NCBI GenBank assembly: GCA_934098435.1
Contig: CAKOOV010000005.1
Span: 16,750-80,749, forward strand
Direction: 5' to 3'
DNA length: 64,000 bases
Source of the DNA: an uncultured Bacilli bacterium
GTDB lineage: Bacteria > Bacillota_I > Bacilli_A > RF39 > UBA660
This document shows positions 1 to 9,526 of the stretch, one piece after another. The position numbers and the translations under genes were made by a program. The notes beneath the pieces were generated by a model. The model saw only the letters and a program-made list of their open reading frames with translations, ran no database searches and was not told the origin of the DNA. The first letter of the stretch is position 1; each line of letters opens with the position of its first letter.

Positions 1-190
1 GGTAGAAAATATATCTTATATGGAACTTATTGCTAAAATTAATTATTTATTGGATAATAATATGAATATTATTATTGATGGTAAACTTAATTCTATATTT
101 TTTATGAGTAATGAGAATATGATGATGAATTATGGTATTTCTTTAAAAGATATGGTTAATATTTATACTAAGAATAAGAAAGTTAAATAG
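1..190 (+). CDS. 3' end (partial) of an upstream gene, paralog of the HA-repeat helicase at 239-3289
   Basis: Frame open from the window edge to TAG 188-190. Nt 1-190 align without gaps to 3100-3289 with about 8 mismatches (hand alignment), so the C-terminal ~60 aa are the same. Confidence 0.7.
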   Translation, partial: VENISYMELIAKINYLLDNNMNIIIDGKLNSIFFMSNENMMMNYGISLKDMVNIYTKNKKVK

Positions 191-238
191 AAGTTAAAGT
201 TATGATATAATAAATATGTATAATAAGAGGTGAGAAGT

Positions 239-3200
239 ATGAATAATATATTAAATTTATATGAACATAATATTGAAGCATTTAATAGGGTACTTAATGC
301 TTATAATTATGGTGAAGATAAAGTTGCTATATTGCAAGCTACTGGTACTGGTAAAAGTTATGTAGCTTTAAGATTAGCTTATGAATATAAAGATAAAAAA
401 GTATTATATATATCTCCTTCTGGAGCTATAATAGAGCATATTAAAAATATAATAGATAATAATGGTTTAGATATAAATAAGGATTTTTCTAATTTAAAAT
501 TTGGAACATATCAAAGTTTAATAAATTTATCAAGAGAAGAAATAGTTGATTTAGATGTTGATTTACTTATAACAGATGAACTTCATCATCTTGGTGCTCC
601 TGTATGGGGAAATAGAATTAATACTATTGTAGATACTCATCATAATATGTTATTGTTTGGTATGTCTGCCTATAATGTAAGAGATAGAGGCACTATATAT
701 GAAAGAGATATGACTAATCCAGATACTGATGAATTATTTTCTGGTAAGGTAGTAAACTATTATGATTTATGCGATGCTATGATAGATGGGGTACTACCTA
801 AACCTATTTATCGAAGTGCTTATGTAAGATTATATGATTATGAGAAATATCTTGAAGATAAAATAGAAGAAGGAAATTTATCAACGAAAGATTATACGGA
901 ATATAAGAAGTTATTATTAGATGTTAAAAGGAAAATAACTAATGCTCCGAATATACCTGATATGGTAAGAAAAAATATTAAAAATGCTGGTAAATATATT
1001 TATTTTTGTCCTCCGATTACTGAGGAGGATACTAATGATATAGATACAATTATGAATGAAGTTAAACAATGGTTTGATGGGTATGATGTAGTATTTTATA
1101 AAACGACAAGTAAAGATAAAACAAGTGGTAAACTAAATAGAGAGGCTTTTTATAATGATAGAGATCTAGAAGGAAATAGTGTTAAAAAGAAACTTAGAAT
1201 TATGTTTGCTATTAATCAATATAATGAAGGAGTGCATGCTCCAGATGTTGATGGAGTAATACTTGGAAGAGGTACTACTTCAGATATTGTATATTTTGAG
1301 CAAATAGGTAGAGCTTTAGCGGTAAAAGGAAAGACAAAAGAAAAGTATGAAGAATATGATTCATTAACTAGAAATGAATTAATAGATATAGCTAAAGGTA
1401 ATGGTATAGACGTATCTTTAGATATGACAAAAGAAGAAATAATTGATAAATTATTATCACCAGTAATTATAGATTTAACTAATAATATAGAGTTTATTGA
1501 AGAATTAGAGAATAATTTAAAGAATAGGGTAAAAGAAATTCAAAGGAAACAAGGTAAAAGTAATAGAAAGATTAAAATAAGAAATACTGATTTTGATATA
1601 AATATAGAAAATAAAGATTTATATGAAATATTAAGATATGTAAGAGATAGAATTAATCCTAATAACTGGGATATGATGTATGAATTAGCAAAGAAATATT
1701 ATGAACATTATAGTGACTTGAAAATACCATTTAGTTTTAAAACAATAAATGGTTATGAAACCGATGAAAATGGCTATAATTTAGGATTCTGGATTAGTAG
1801 TCAAAGAGTAAAATATAAAAAAGGTACTCTTTCTGAAGATAGAATAAAAAAGCTTAAAGAAATAGATATGATATTTGGAATTGGAAGGCAAGACGCCTGG
1901 AATATGATGTACGAATTAACAAAGAAATATTATGAGCATTATGGGAATTTGAAAATACCACATAGTTTTAAAACAATAAATGGTTATGAAACTGATGAAA
2001 AAGGTTATAAATTAGGATTCTGGATTAGTAAGCAAAGAAACAACTACAAAAATGGTACTCTTTCTGAAGATAGAATAGAAAAGCTTGAAGAAATAGGTAT
2101 GATATTTGAAAATGTATATAAAGATACTTGGAATATGATGTATAAATTAGCTAAGAAATACTATGAACATTATGATAATTTGAAAATACCTAAGATGTTT
2201 AAAACAATAAATGGCTATGAAATTGATGAAAAAGGTTATAATTTAGGTGTATGGATTGCTACTCAAAAAACGAATTATAATAAAAGTATTCTTTCTGAAG
2301 ATAAAATAGAAAAACTTGAAGAAATAGGTATGATATTTAAAAAAGTAAATGATAATACATGGAATATGATGTATAAATTAGCAAAGAAATACTATGAACA
2401 TTATGGTGATTTGAAAATATCACGTAGTTTTAAAACAATAAATGGATATGAAATTGATAAAAATGGCTATAATTTAGGATTCTGGATTAGTAATCAAAGA
2501 AGGGTAAAATATAAAAATGATACTCTTTCTGAAGATAGAATAAAACAACTCGAAAAAATAGACATGATATTTGGAATTGGAAAACAAGATGCCTGGAATA
2601 TAATGTACGACCTAGCAAAGAAATATTATGAACATTATGGCAATTTGAAAATACCACGTAGCTTTAAAACAGTAAATGGTTATGAAACCGATGAAAAAGG
2701 TTATAAATTAGGTGTGTGGATTACTACTCAAAAGACGAATTATAATAAAAGCATTCTTTCTGAAGATAGAATAAAAAAACTTGAAAAAATAGGTATGATG
2801 TTTGAAAATGTAAATGATGATAAATGGAATAAAATGTATGAGCTAGCTAAGAAATATTATGAACATTATGATAATTTGAAAATACCTAAGATGTTTAAAA
2901 CAATAAATGGCTATGAAATTGATGAAGAAGGTTATAATTTAGGAGCGTGGATTAATACTCAAAGGTTTAGTTATAAAAAGGGTACTCTTTTTGAAGATAG
3001 AATAGAAAAACTTGAAGAAATAGGTATGATGTGGAATATAAGAAAAGATACTGATACAAAGAAAGTATTATGTGATAAGCATGGTATTGATAGTTCTTTG
3101 GTAGAGAATATATCTTATATGGAACTTTTTGCTAAAATTAATTATTTATTGGATAATAGTATGGATATTATTATTGATGGTAAACTTAATCCTATATTTT

Positions 3201-3289
3201 TTATGAGTAATGAGAATATGATGATGAATTATGGTGTTTCTTTAAAAGATATGGTTAATATTTATACTAAGAATAAGAAGGCTAAATAG
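239..3289 (+). CDS. SF2 (ResIII/DEAH-like) helicase with six C-terminal helicase-associated (HA, PF03457-like) repeats
   Basis: Track ORF 230-3289; ATG 239 preferred (AAGAGGTGA RBS just upstream). Walker A ATGTGKS, motif II DELHH, motif VI-like EQIGRALA. These are followed by six ~77-aa repeats W..MY.LAKKYYEHYG.LKIP..FKT.NGYE.D..GY.LG.WI..Q...Y....LSEDRI..LE.IGM. Confidence 0.8.
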   Translation: MNNILNLYEHNIEAFNRVLNAYNYGEDKVAILQATGTGKSYVALRLAYEYKDKKVLYISPSGAIIEHIKNIIDNNGLDINKDFSNLKFGTYQSLINLSREEIVDLDVDLLITDELHHLGAPVWGNRINTIVDTHHNMLLFGMSAYNVRDRGTIYERDMTNPDTDELFSGKVVNYYDLCDAMIDGVLPKPIYRSAYVRLYDYEKYLEDKIEEGNLSTKDYTEYKKLLLDVKRKITNAPNIPDMVRKNIKNAGKYIYFCPPITEEDTNDIDTIMNEVKQWFDGYDVVFYKTTSKDKTSGKLNREAFYNDRDLEGNSVKKKLRIMFAINQYNEGVHAPDVDGVILGRGTTSDIVYFEQIGRALAVKGKTKEKYEEYDSLTRNELIDIAKGNGIDVSLDMTKEEIIDKLLSPVIIDLTNNIEFIEELENNLKNRVKEIQRKQGKSNRKIKIRNTDFDINIENKDLYEILRYVRDRINPNNWDMMYELAKKYYEHYSDLKIPFSFKTINGYETDENGYNLGFWISSQRVKYKKGTLSEDRIKKLKEIDMIFGIGRQDAWNMMYELTKKYYEHYGNLKIPHSFKTINGYETDEKGYKLGFWISKQRNNYKNGTLSEDRIEKLEEIGMIFENVYKDTWNMMYKLAKKYYEHYDNLKIPKMFKTINGYEIDEKGYNLGVWIATQKTNYNKSILSEDKIEKLEEIGMIFKKVNDNTWNMMYKLAKKYYEHYGDLKISRSFKTINGYEIDKNGYNLGFWISNQRRVKYKNDTLSEDRIKQLEKIDMIFGIGKQDAWNIMYDLAKKYYEHYGNLKIPRSFKTVNGYETDEKGYKLGVWITTQKTNYNKSILSEDRIKKLEKIGMMFENVNDDKWNKMYELAKKYYEHYDNLKIPKMFKTINGYEIDEEGYNLGAWINTQRFSYKKGTLFEDRIEKLEEIGMMWNIRKDTDTKKVLCDKHGIDSSLVENISYMELFAKINYLLDNSMDIIIDGKLNPIFFMSNENMMMNYGVSLKDMVNIYTKNKKAK
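1667..3057 (+). repeat. Six in-frame tandem repeats of 231/234 nt encoding the HA domains, organised as a duplicated 3-unit (693 nt) super-repeat
   Basis: The conserved Trp codon recurs at 1667, 1898, 2129, 2360, 2594 and 2825. Units 1/4, 2/5 and 3/6 are each other's closest relatives at protein level (GIG(R/K)QD linker after units 1 and 4; KIPKMFKTINGYEID in units 3 and 6). Confidence 0.85.
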
Positions 3290-3301
3290 AGGTGAAATTA
3301 T

Positions 3302-3535
3302 ATGGAAAATATTGGTGTTGTTAGAGAGATTTTTATACCAAAATGTGATGATGAACTTAGTTCTGAATTGATTGGTTTTAAAGTATATGTATATGATTTG
3401 GATAAGGAGATTACTATTACTTTAAAACAAGATGAATATAATGTAGATATTTATAAAGATGATGAGGTTATTGTTATTAAAAATAATGATAGTTATGATA
3501 TTATGTTATATGATGGTGATATAGATGTTTCTTAG
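3302..3535 (+). CDS. hypothetical small acidic protein (77 aa)
   Basis: GAGGTGA RBS 6 nt upstream of the ATG; no recognisable motif. Confidence 0.5.
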   Translation: MENIGVVREIFIPKCDDELSSELIGFKVYVYDLDKEITITLKQDEYNVDIYKDDEVIVIKNNDSYDIMLYDGDIDVS

Positions 3536-3818
3536 AAGGTATTTAGATGATTTTTACTTTGATATGGTTATGAATAATTATGATATTTCTTACTTGGAAA
3601 GTATTGATGAGGATAATTTTGAAAAGATATATTGTTTGTTAAAAATGTATAATTTTTATTATATTAATGATATTATTTTGAATTATATAGAGATATTTTC
3701 TTTGGATATTGATGATGTTAAGAATGGTATTATTGAACTTAGGAATAAACTTGGTAGTAATTATGTATATATTATTGGTAATGATATGAGATATTTAGAT
3801 TGTTTACTTAATAATTAA
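3525..3818 (+). CDS. hypothetical protein (97 aa)
   Basis: Overlaps the previous ORF by 11 nt, with a GGTGAT RBS-like element upstream. Faint by-eye resemblance to the ORF at 32187-32474. Confidence 0.5.
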   Translation: MFLRRYLDDFYFDMVMNNYDISYLESIDEDNFEKIYCLLKMYNFYYINDIILNYIEIFSLDIDDVKNGIIELRNKLGSNYVYIIGNDMRYLDCLLNN

Positions 3819-3872
3819 TAGTAGTATTTTTTATGTTTTTATGATAAAATGGTTATTGATGAGGTGTTATGT

Positions 3873-5306
3873 ATGAATGATAAACAAAATAAACAGATTA
3901 CTAGTAGGGATGTAGATTTTGCTAAATGGTATACTGATGTTGTTAGAGCTGCTAAACTTGCATGTTATTCTAATACTAAGGGGTGTATTGTTATTGAGCC
4001 TAATGGTTATGCTATATGGGAAAATATGCAAAGTATTATAGATAAGAAGTTTAAGGAAACTGGGCATGTTAATGTATCTATGCCAATGCTTATTCCTGAA
4101 TCTCTTCTTAATAAGGAAGGGGAATTAGTAGAGGGATTTGCTCCTGAAGTTGCTTGGGTTACTTATGGTGGTAATAAGAAATTAGATGAGAGGCTATGTA
4201 TTAGACCTACTTCTGAAACGGTATTTAGTGATTATTATGCTAATAATATTTCTTCTTATCGTGATTTACCTAAATTATATAATCAATGGTGTAGTGTATT
4301 AAGATGGGAGAAGGAAACTAGACCTTTTCTTAGAAGTCGTGAGTTTTTATGGCAAGAGGGTCATACTATTCATGAGACTCGTGAAGAGGCTGAAACTGAG
4401 ACTTTACAAATGTTAAATATTTATAATGATTTCTTTCATGATTATTTAGCTATTCCTAGTATTGTAGGTAGGAAGACAGAAAAGGAGAAATTTGCTGGTG
4501 CTGAATATACTTATACAGTTGAAGCTCTTATGTATAATGGTATTACTTTGCAGTCCGCTACTAGTCATTTCTTTGGTCAGAAGTTTGCTCGTGCTTATGA
4601 TATTAAATATACTTCTAGAGATAATAAGATTGATTATCCTTATCAGACTTCTTGGGGTTGTTCTACGAGAATGATAGGAGCTCTTATTATGGTACATTCT
4701 GATGATTATGGTCTTGTTTTACCTCCTAAAATTGCTCCTAAAAAGGTTGTTATTATACCTATTGGTAATGATTTGGAAGTATTATCTTTAGCTAATGATT
4801 ATTTTGATAAGTTGAAACAAGAGGGTATTGAGGCTTATATTGATAATAGTGAAAAGAGTCCGGGATATAAATTTGCTGAAGCTGAAGTTCAAGGTATTCC
4901 AGTACGTATTGAAATTGGTAAGAGGGATTTAGAGAATAATATGGTTACTTTGGTTAGAAGGGATACTAGAGAAAAATTACAAGTATTTACAAATACTGAT
5001 ATTATTCATGATGTTAAATTGCTTCTTCTTGATATTCAAAGGGATATGTATGATAGGGCTTTAAGAAGAAGAGAAGAGATGACTTATACTGCTACGGATA
5101 TGGAAGAGTTTGCTAGTATTATGAATGCTCATCCTGGTTTTGTTAAAGCTATGTGGTGTGGTGATCCTAAATGTGAAGAAAAGATTAAGGAAATAAGAGG
5201 TACGAAATCTAGATGTATTCCTTTTAGTGATGAAAAAGTATCAGATAAATGTGTTGTTTGTGGTAAAGAGGCTAAGGATTTAGTTATTTGGGGAATGCAA
5301 TATTAA
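3873..5306 (+). CDS. proS: prolyl-tRNA synthetase, archaeal/eukaryote-like short form
   Basis: The N-terminus F.KWYTDVV..A.L..YS..KGC.VI.P.GYAIWENMQ and the C-terminal ...WG.QY end are typical of the ~480-aa ProRS type. ATG 3873 follows a GAGGTG RBS (track start 3849 rejected). Confidence 0.93.
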   Translation: MNDKQNKQITSRDVDFAKWYTDVVRAAKLACYSNTKGCIVIEPNGYAIWENMQSIIDKKFKETGHVNVSMPMLIPESLLNKEGELVEGFAPEVAWVTYGGNKKLDERLCIRPTSETVFSDYYANNISSYRDLPKLYNQWCSVLRWEKETRPFLRSREFLWQEGHTIHETREEAETETLQMLNIYNDFFHDYLAIPSIVGRKTEKEKFAGAEYTYTVEALMYNGITLQSATSHFFGQKFARAYDIKYTSRDNKIDYPYQTSWGCSTRMIGALIMVHSDDYGLVLPPKIAPKKVVIIPIGNDLEVLSLANDYFDKLKQEGIEAYIDNSEKSPGYKFAEAEVQGIPVRIEIGKRDLENNMVTLVRRDTREKLQVFTNTDIIHDVKLLLLDIQRDMYDRALRRREEMTYTATDMEEFASIMNAHPGFVKAMWCGDPKCEEKIKEIRGTKSRCIPFSDEKVSDKCVVCGKEAKDLVIWGMQY

Positions 5307-5310
5307 GAAT

Positions 5311-5337
5311 ATCATAGTTTATACTATGGTATTTTTT
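5311..5337 (+). terminator. intrinsic terminator after proS
   Basis: ATCATAGT-TTAT-ACTATGGT (one G.T pair) followed by ATTTTTTG. Confidence 0.6.
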
Positions 5338-5369
5338 GTGTCAAATTTTGTTATATAATAGTTAAAAAC

Positions 5370-5398
5370 TTGACTTAATTGTTAACTATTGGTATTAT
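5370..5398 (+). promoter_or_regulatory. sigma-A-type promoter for the glycosylation operon
   Basis: TTGACT, 17 nt, TATTAT. Confidence 0.5.
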
Positions 5399-5431
5399 TT
5401 ATTTAGTATTAATTTTGAAGGGAAGTTTATT

Positions 5432-6364
5432 ATGAAGAAATTAAGTATTATTGTTCCTTGTTTTAATGAGGAAGAGAGTATACCTTATTTTTATGATGAA
5501 GTTAAAAAGGTTACTAAGAATATGGATATTAAGTTGGAACTTATTTTTGTTGATGATGGAAGTAGGGATAAGACTTTAGAGGTTATTAAGAGTAAGACTG
5601 ATGATAAGGAAGTTAAGTATATTTCTTTTTCAAGAAATTTTGGGAAAGAGGCCGCTATGTATGCTGGACTTAGTATGGCTAGTGGTGATTATGTAACTAT
5701 TATGGATGTTGATTTACAGGATCCACCTAGTTTATTACCTGAAATGGTTAGATTGATTGAAGAAGAAGGATATGACTGTGTTGCCACTAAGAGTACTAGT
5801 AGAAATGGATATTCTTTCTTAAGAAAGACATTTACTAAATGGTTTTATGATATTATTGGTAAAATGTCTAAAACAGAGATGGTACCTGGTGCTAGGGATT
5901 ATAGACTTATGACTAGACAAATGGTAGAGGCTGTTTTAAGTATGAAGGAATATAATCGTTATTCGAAAGGTTTATTTAGTTTTGTTGGATTTAAGACTAA
6001 ATGGATTGAATTTGAAAATAAGGAAAGAGTAGCAGGTACTACTAAATGGAATTTTTGGAAGTTATTTTCTTATGCTTTAGATGGTATTGTAGGATTTAGT
6101 ACGGCTCCTCTTACTATGGCTGCTTTTATAGGTGTTTTGTTCTGTTTAATAGCTTTTATTATGATTATTGTTATTATTGTTAAAACACTTGCTTTTGGTG
6201 ATCCTACTAGCGGATGGCCTAGTCTTGCTTGTATTATTTTTATGGTAAGTGGTATTCAACTTTTATGTTTAGGTGTTATTGGTGAATATTTGGCAAAGAT
6301 GTATATGGAAGTTAAAGATAGACCTATATATATTATTAAAGAAAGTAATGTTGATAAGAAATGA
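5432..6364 (+). CDS. family-2 glycosyltransferase, polyprenyl-phosphate sugar transferase type (CsbB/GtrB-like)
   Basis: IIVPCFNEEESI, DDGSRDKT and DVDLQDPP motifs plus two C-terminal TM helices. Confidence 0.85.
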   Translation: MKKLSIIVPCFNEEESIPYFYDEVKKVTKNMDIKLELIFVDDGSRDKTLEVIKSKTDDKEVKYISFSRNFGKEAAMYAGLSMASGDYVTIMDVDLQDPPSLLPEMVRLIEEEGYDCVATKSTSRNGYSFLRKTFTKWFYDIIGKMSKTEMVPGARDYRLMTRQMVEAVLSMKEYNRYSKGLFSFVGFKTKWIEFENKERVAGTTKWNFWKLFSYALDGIVGFSTAPLTMAAFIGVLFCLIAFIMIIVIIVKTLAFGDPTSGWPSLACIIFMVSGIQLLCLGVIGEYLAKMYMEVKDRPIYIIKESNVDKK

Positions 6365-6780
6365 AAAAGATAAAAGAATTATATTATAAATATGAAGAGA
6401 TTATCTCCTACTTAATAGTGGGAGGTTTAACTACGGTAGTTAGTTTAGCTACATATTATTTACTTGTATATACTATTCTTAATCCAAAAGAAGTAGTAGA
6501 ACTACAGATTGCAAATATTATATCTTGGGTTGCTTCGGTTACTTTTGCTTATTTTACTAATAGGAAATATGTATTTAAAACTAAAGAGAAAATATCTTTT
6601 AAAGAAGGGATTAATTTTTATTTATCTAGAGTAAGTACTCTTCTTTTGGATATGTTAATGATGTATGTATTTGTTAGTGTTTTGAAATTTGATGATAAGA
6701 TTATTAAACTTATTGTTCAGGTTATTGTTATAGTACTTAATTATGTATTAAGTAAGTTTATTGTTTTTAAAAAGAAATAG
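6361..6780 (+). CDS. GtrA-family small membrane protein
   Basis: 139 aa with 4 TM segments. N-terminal Y.IVGGLTTVV pattern. ATGA start/stop overlap with the glycosyltransferase gene. Confidence 0.75.
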   Translation: MKKIKELYYKYEEIISYLIVGGLTTVVSLATYYLLVYTILNPKEVVELQIANIISWVASVTFAYFTNRKYVFKTKEKISFKEGINFYLSRVSTLLLDMLMMYVFVSVLKFDDKIIKLIVQVIVIVLNYVLSKFIVFKKK

Positions 6781-6789
6781 AGGTTTGGT

Positions 6790-9282
6790 ATGAAAAAGAA
6801 AGATTATTACAATTATTTGATTTTAACTGGTATTGTCTTTGTTATTTATATGATTTTAACTCATTTTACTAATGTATTTGGTTCAGATACTGATTGGATA
6901 AATCAACATACTATAATTCCTGATTATTTTAGGCAATTATTTTATAAGACAGGTAATTTGATTCCTAGTTTTTCTTTTAACTATGGTGGTGGACAAAATA
7001 TATTTAATTTATCTTATTATGGTTTTTTGAGTCCGATTATTTTACCTTCTTATTTATTGCCTTTTGTTAGTATGAAGACTTATATGACAGTAGTGGATTT
7101 TATTATTGTTGTTTCTTCTGGTATATTGTTTTATAAGTGGATTTTATCTAATAAGTATAATAGAAATATTTCTTTTATTACTTCTATTATATTTGTTTTA
7201 TCTGAATCACTTATATTTCAGATGCATAGACATGTTATGTTTGTTAATTATATGCCTTTTTTAATAATGGGACTTATGGGTGTAGATAAGTTATTTAATG
7301 ATAATAAGAAATCTTTACTTATTATTTCAATATTTTTAATGATAATGACTAGTTATTATTATAGTGTTGGTGGTATTGTTGTTATTGGTATTTATTATTT
7401 ATATAAATATTTTAGTGATGATACTAAAAAGGGTATTAAATTATTTACTAAAGATTTGGGTAAATTTATATTATATATTTTAATACCTGTATTAATGGCG
7501 GGTGTATTACTTATTCCTACTATGAGTACTCTTTTAAGTGGTAGAGGTAGTAGTGAGAGTGCTATAAAATTAACTTCTTTATTGGTACCAAATTTTAATT
7601 TTCATAAGATTTTTTGTGGTAATTATACTATTGGTTTATCTATGCTTGGATTTATATCTTTGTTATATTTATTTTATAGTAAGAAGAAGAATAATGTTAT
7701 TTTGGGTATATTATTAAGTATTGTTTTCTTTATTCCTATATTTATGTATATATTAAATGGGGGATTATATTTGAGGGCTAAGTGTTTTATTCCTTTTGCT
7801 CCTTTAATTGGGTATTTAATTGCTTTATTTATTAATGATATTATTAATAATAAGATTGATATTAAGAAATTTATTATTTATATATTATTTGTTTGTATAT
7901 TATTATATTATTTTAATCAAAAACAATATTGTTATTTATACTTAATATTTATTTGTTTAATTCTTATATTATATAATAAGTTTAAATATAAGAATATTAT
8001 TTATATTTCTTTATGTTTAGGTGCTTTTGGAATATGTTTATATACTAATTTTACTGAGGATTATGTAAGTAAGAATATGTATAATGAAATATTTAGTGAA
8101 GATATAGAGAATAGTATTAATAATGTTATTTTAAATGATAATGATTATTATAGATCTAATAGTTTGATGAATCCTACTAAAACTGTAAATAAGATGTATA
8201 ATGATAGGTATTATACTACTAATATTTATTCTTCTACTTATAATTATGATTATTTATATTTTGTTAGGGATATATTTAAGAATAATAGGCTTGAATATAA
8301 TTATTTTATGATTCCTTCTAGTGATAATATATTATTTGATACTTATATGGGTGTTAAGTATTTATATTCTGATTATGATCCAGGACTTGGTTATAGGTCT
8401 ATTGGTAATAATATGTATATGAATGATGATGTGTTTCCTATGCTATATGCTAGTAATAATATTTTAAATGAAAAGGATTTTGATAGTTATGAATATCCTA
8501 ATTATTTAGAACTTCTTCTTAATAATGTTATTACTACTAGTAGTAGTAATAATAGTATTATGAATAATAATACAGAGAAAGTTTCTTTGGAATATGATGT
8601 TATTAGTAATGATGGAGTAGATGTTACTAAGAATGATGATGGTTATGTTCTTAAGGTAAAAGATAAGGGAACTATTAATATTAGATTAAAGGATAAGTTA
8701 GAAAATAAATTATTATTTATTAATTTATATGGTCTTAAGGAAAATAGTTGTAAATATGATAATATTGTTATGTCTATTAATAATATGGATAATTTATTAA
8801 CTTGCAGAGGGTGGACTTATGCTAATAAGAATTATACTTTTAGATATCTTATATCGGATAAGGTAATTCAAGATATTGATATTAAATTAACTAAGGGTAC
8901 TTATAATATTAAAGATATTGAAACTTATGTATTAGATTATGATAATGTTACTGGTATTAAAGATAGGTTTGATAAATTTAATATTACTAGTTTTGGTAAT
9001 GATATAATAGAGGGTAATATTAATGTTACTAGAGATAATTCTTATTTTGTTACTTCTATTCCATATGATAAGGGATTTACTATTAAGGTAGATAATAAGG
9101 TTATTTCTTATGAAAAGGTTGATAAGGCTTTTATTGGTTTTCCTATTACTAAGGGTAAACATGATATTTCTATTGTATATACTGCTCCAGGATTAAAATA
9201 TGGTTTAATATTTAGTATTATTGGTTTTATAATTTATGGAATGGTTATTATTATGGAACATAAAAAGGGTAAAAAACTATAG
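6790..9282 (+). CDS. YfhO-family polytopic membrane glycosyltransferase-like protein
   Basis: 830 aa with many TM helices and a C-terminal extracytoplasmic domain ending in a last TM. Size, architecture and csbB-gtrA context match YfhO. Confidence 0.7.
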   Translation: MKKKDYYNYLILTGIVFVIYMILTHFTNVFGSDTDWINQHTIIPDYFRQLFYKTGNLIPSFSFNYGGGQNIFNLSYYGFLSPIILPSYLLPFVSMKTYMTVVDFIIVVSSGILFYKWILSNKYNRNISFITSIIFVLSESLIFQMHRHVMFVNYMPFLIMGLMGVDKLFNDNKKSLLIISIFLMIMTSYYYSVGGIVVIGIYYLYKYFSDDTKKGIKLFTKDLGKFILYILIPVLMAGVLLIPTMSTLLSGRGSSESAIKLTSLLVPNFNFHKIFCGNYTIGLSMLGFISLLYLFYSKKKNNVILGILLSIVFFIPIFMYILNGGLYLRAKCFIPFAPLIGYLIALFINDIINNKIDIKKFIIYILFVCILLYYFNQKQYCYLYLIFICLILILYNKFKYKNIIYISLCLGAFGICLYTNFTEDYVSKNMYNEIFSEDIENSINNVILNDNDYYRSNSLMNPTKTVNKMYNDRYYTTNIYSSTYNYDYLYFVRDIFKNNRLEYNYFMIPSSDNILFDTYMGVKYLYSDYDPGLGYRSIGNNMYMNDDVFPMLYASNNILNEKDFDSYEYPNYLELLLNNVITTSSSNNSIMNNNTEKVSLEYDVISNDGVDVTKNDDGYVLKVKDKGTINIRLKDKLENKLLFINLYGLKENSCKYDNIVMSINNMDNLLTCRGWTYANKNYTFRYLISDKVIQDIDIKLTKGTYNIKDIETYVLDYDNVTGIKDRFDKFNITSFGNDIIEGNINVTRDNSYFVTSIPYDKGFTIKVDNKVISYEKVDKAFIGFPITKGKHDISIVYTAPGLKYGLIFSIIGFIIYGMVIIMEHKKGKKL

Positions 9283-9369
9283 ATAAAACTATAGTTTTTT
9301 ACTATAATACGAAATAATGATTGTTTATATAGCGTAATAAATTGGCAAAACAGTAAAAAATTACTTTGT

Positions 9370-9398
9370 AAAACAGCTTAATTTTTTAAGCTGTTTTT
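9370..9398 (+). terminator. intrinsic terminator downstream of yfhO-like gene
   Basis: AAAACAGCTTAA-TTTT-TTAAGCTGTTTT followed by T. Confidence 0.55.
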
Positions 9399-9452
9399 CT
9401 ACTAGAGACTTATAGGCTCTAGTAGACCACGGAAGACTTTGGGCTGAAGTGG
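9398..9452 (+). repeat. Two tandem hairpins of the AG-AC..GG-CT family (copies 1a, 1b)
   Basis: 1a: TCTACTAGAG-ACTTATAGG-CTCTAGTAGA (perfect 10 bp). 1b: CCACGGAAG-ACTTTGGG-CTGAAGTGG (6 of 9 pairs). Confidence 0.6.
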
Positions 9453-9472
9453 CAAGATAAGAAAAATTTTTA

Positions 9473-9501
9473 TTTACAAAGGAATAGTTATTTGTTATAA
9501 T
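9473..9501 (+). promoter_or_regulatory. sigma-A-type promoter for secG
   Basis: TTTACA, 17 nt, TATAAT. Confidence 0.55.
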
Positions 9502-9526
9502 AGATATTGTATGAAAGGAAGATAAT

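Noticed and set aside
1667-3057. Regular ~231-nt periodic repeats considered as a CRISPR array or non-coding satellite.
   Set aside because: The repeats are contiguous with no spacers, remain in one open reading frame and encode a recognisable protein domain (HA).
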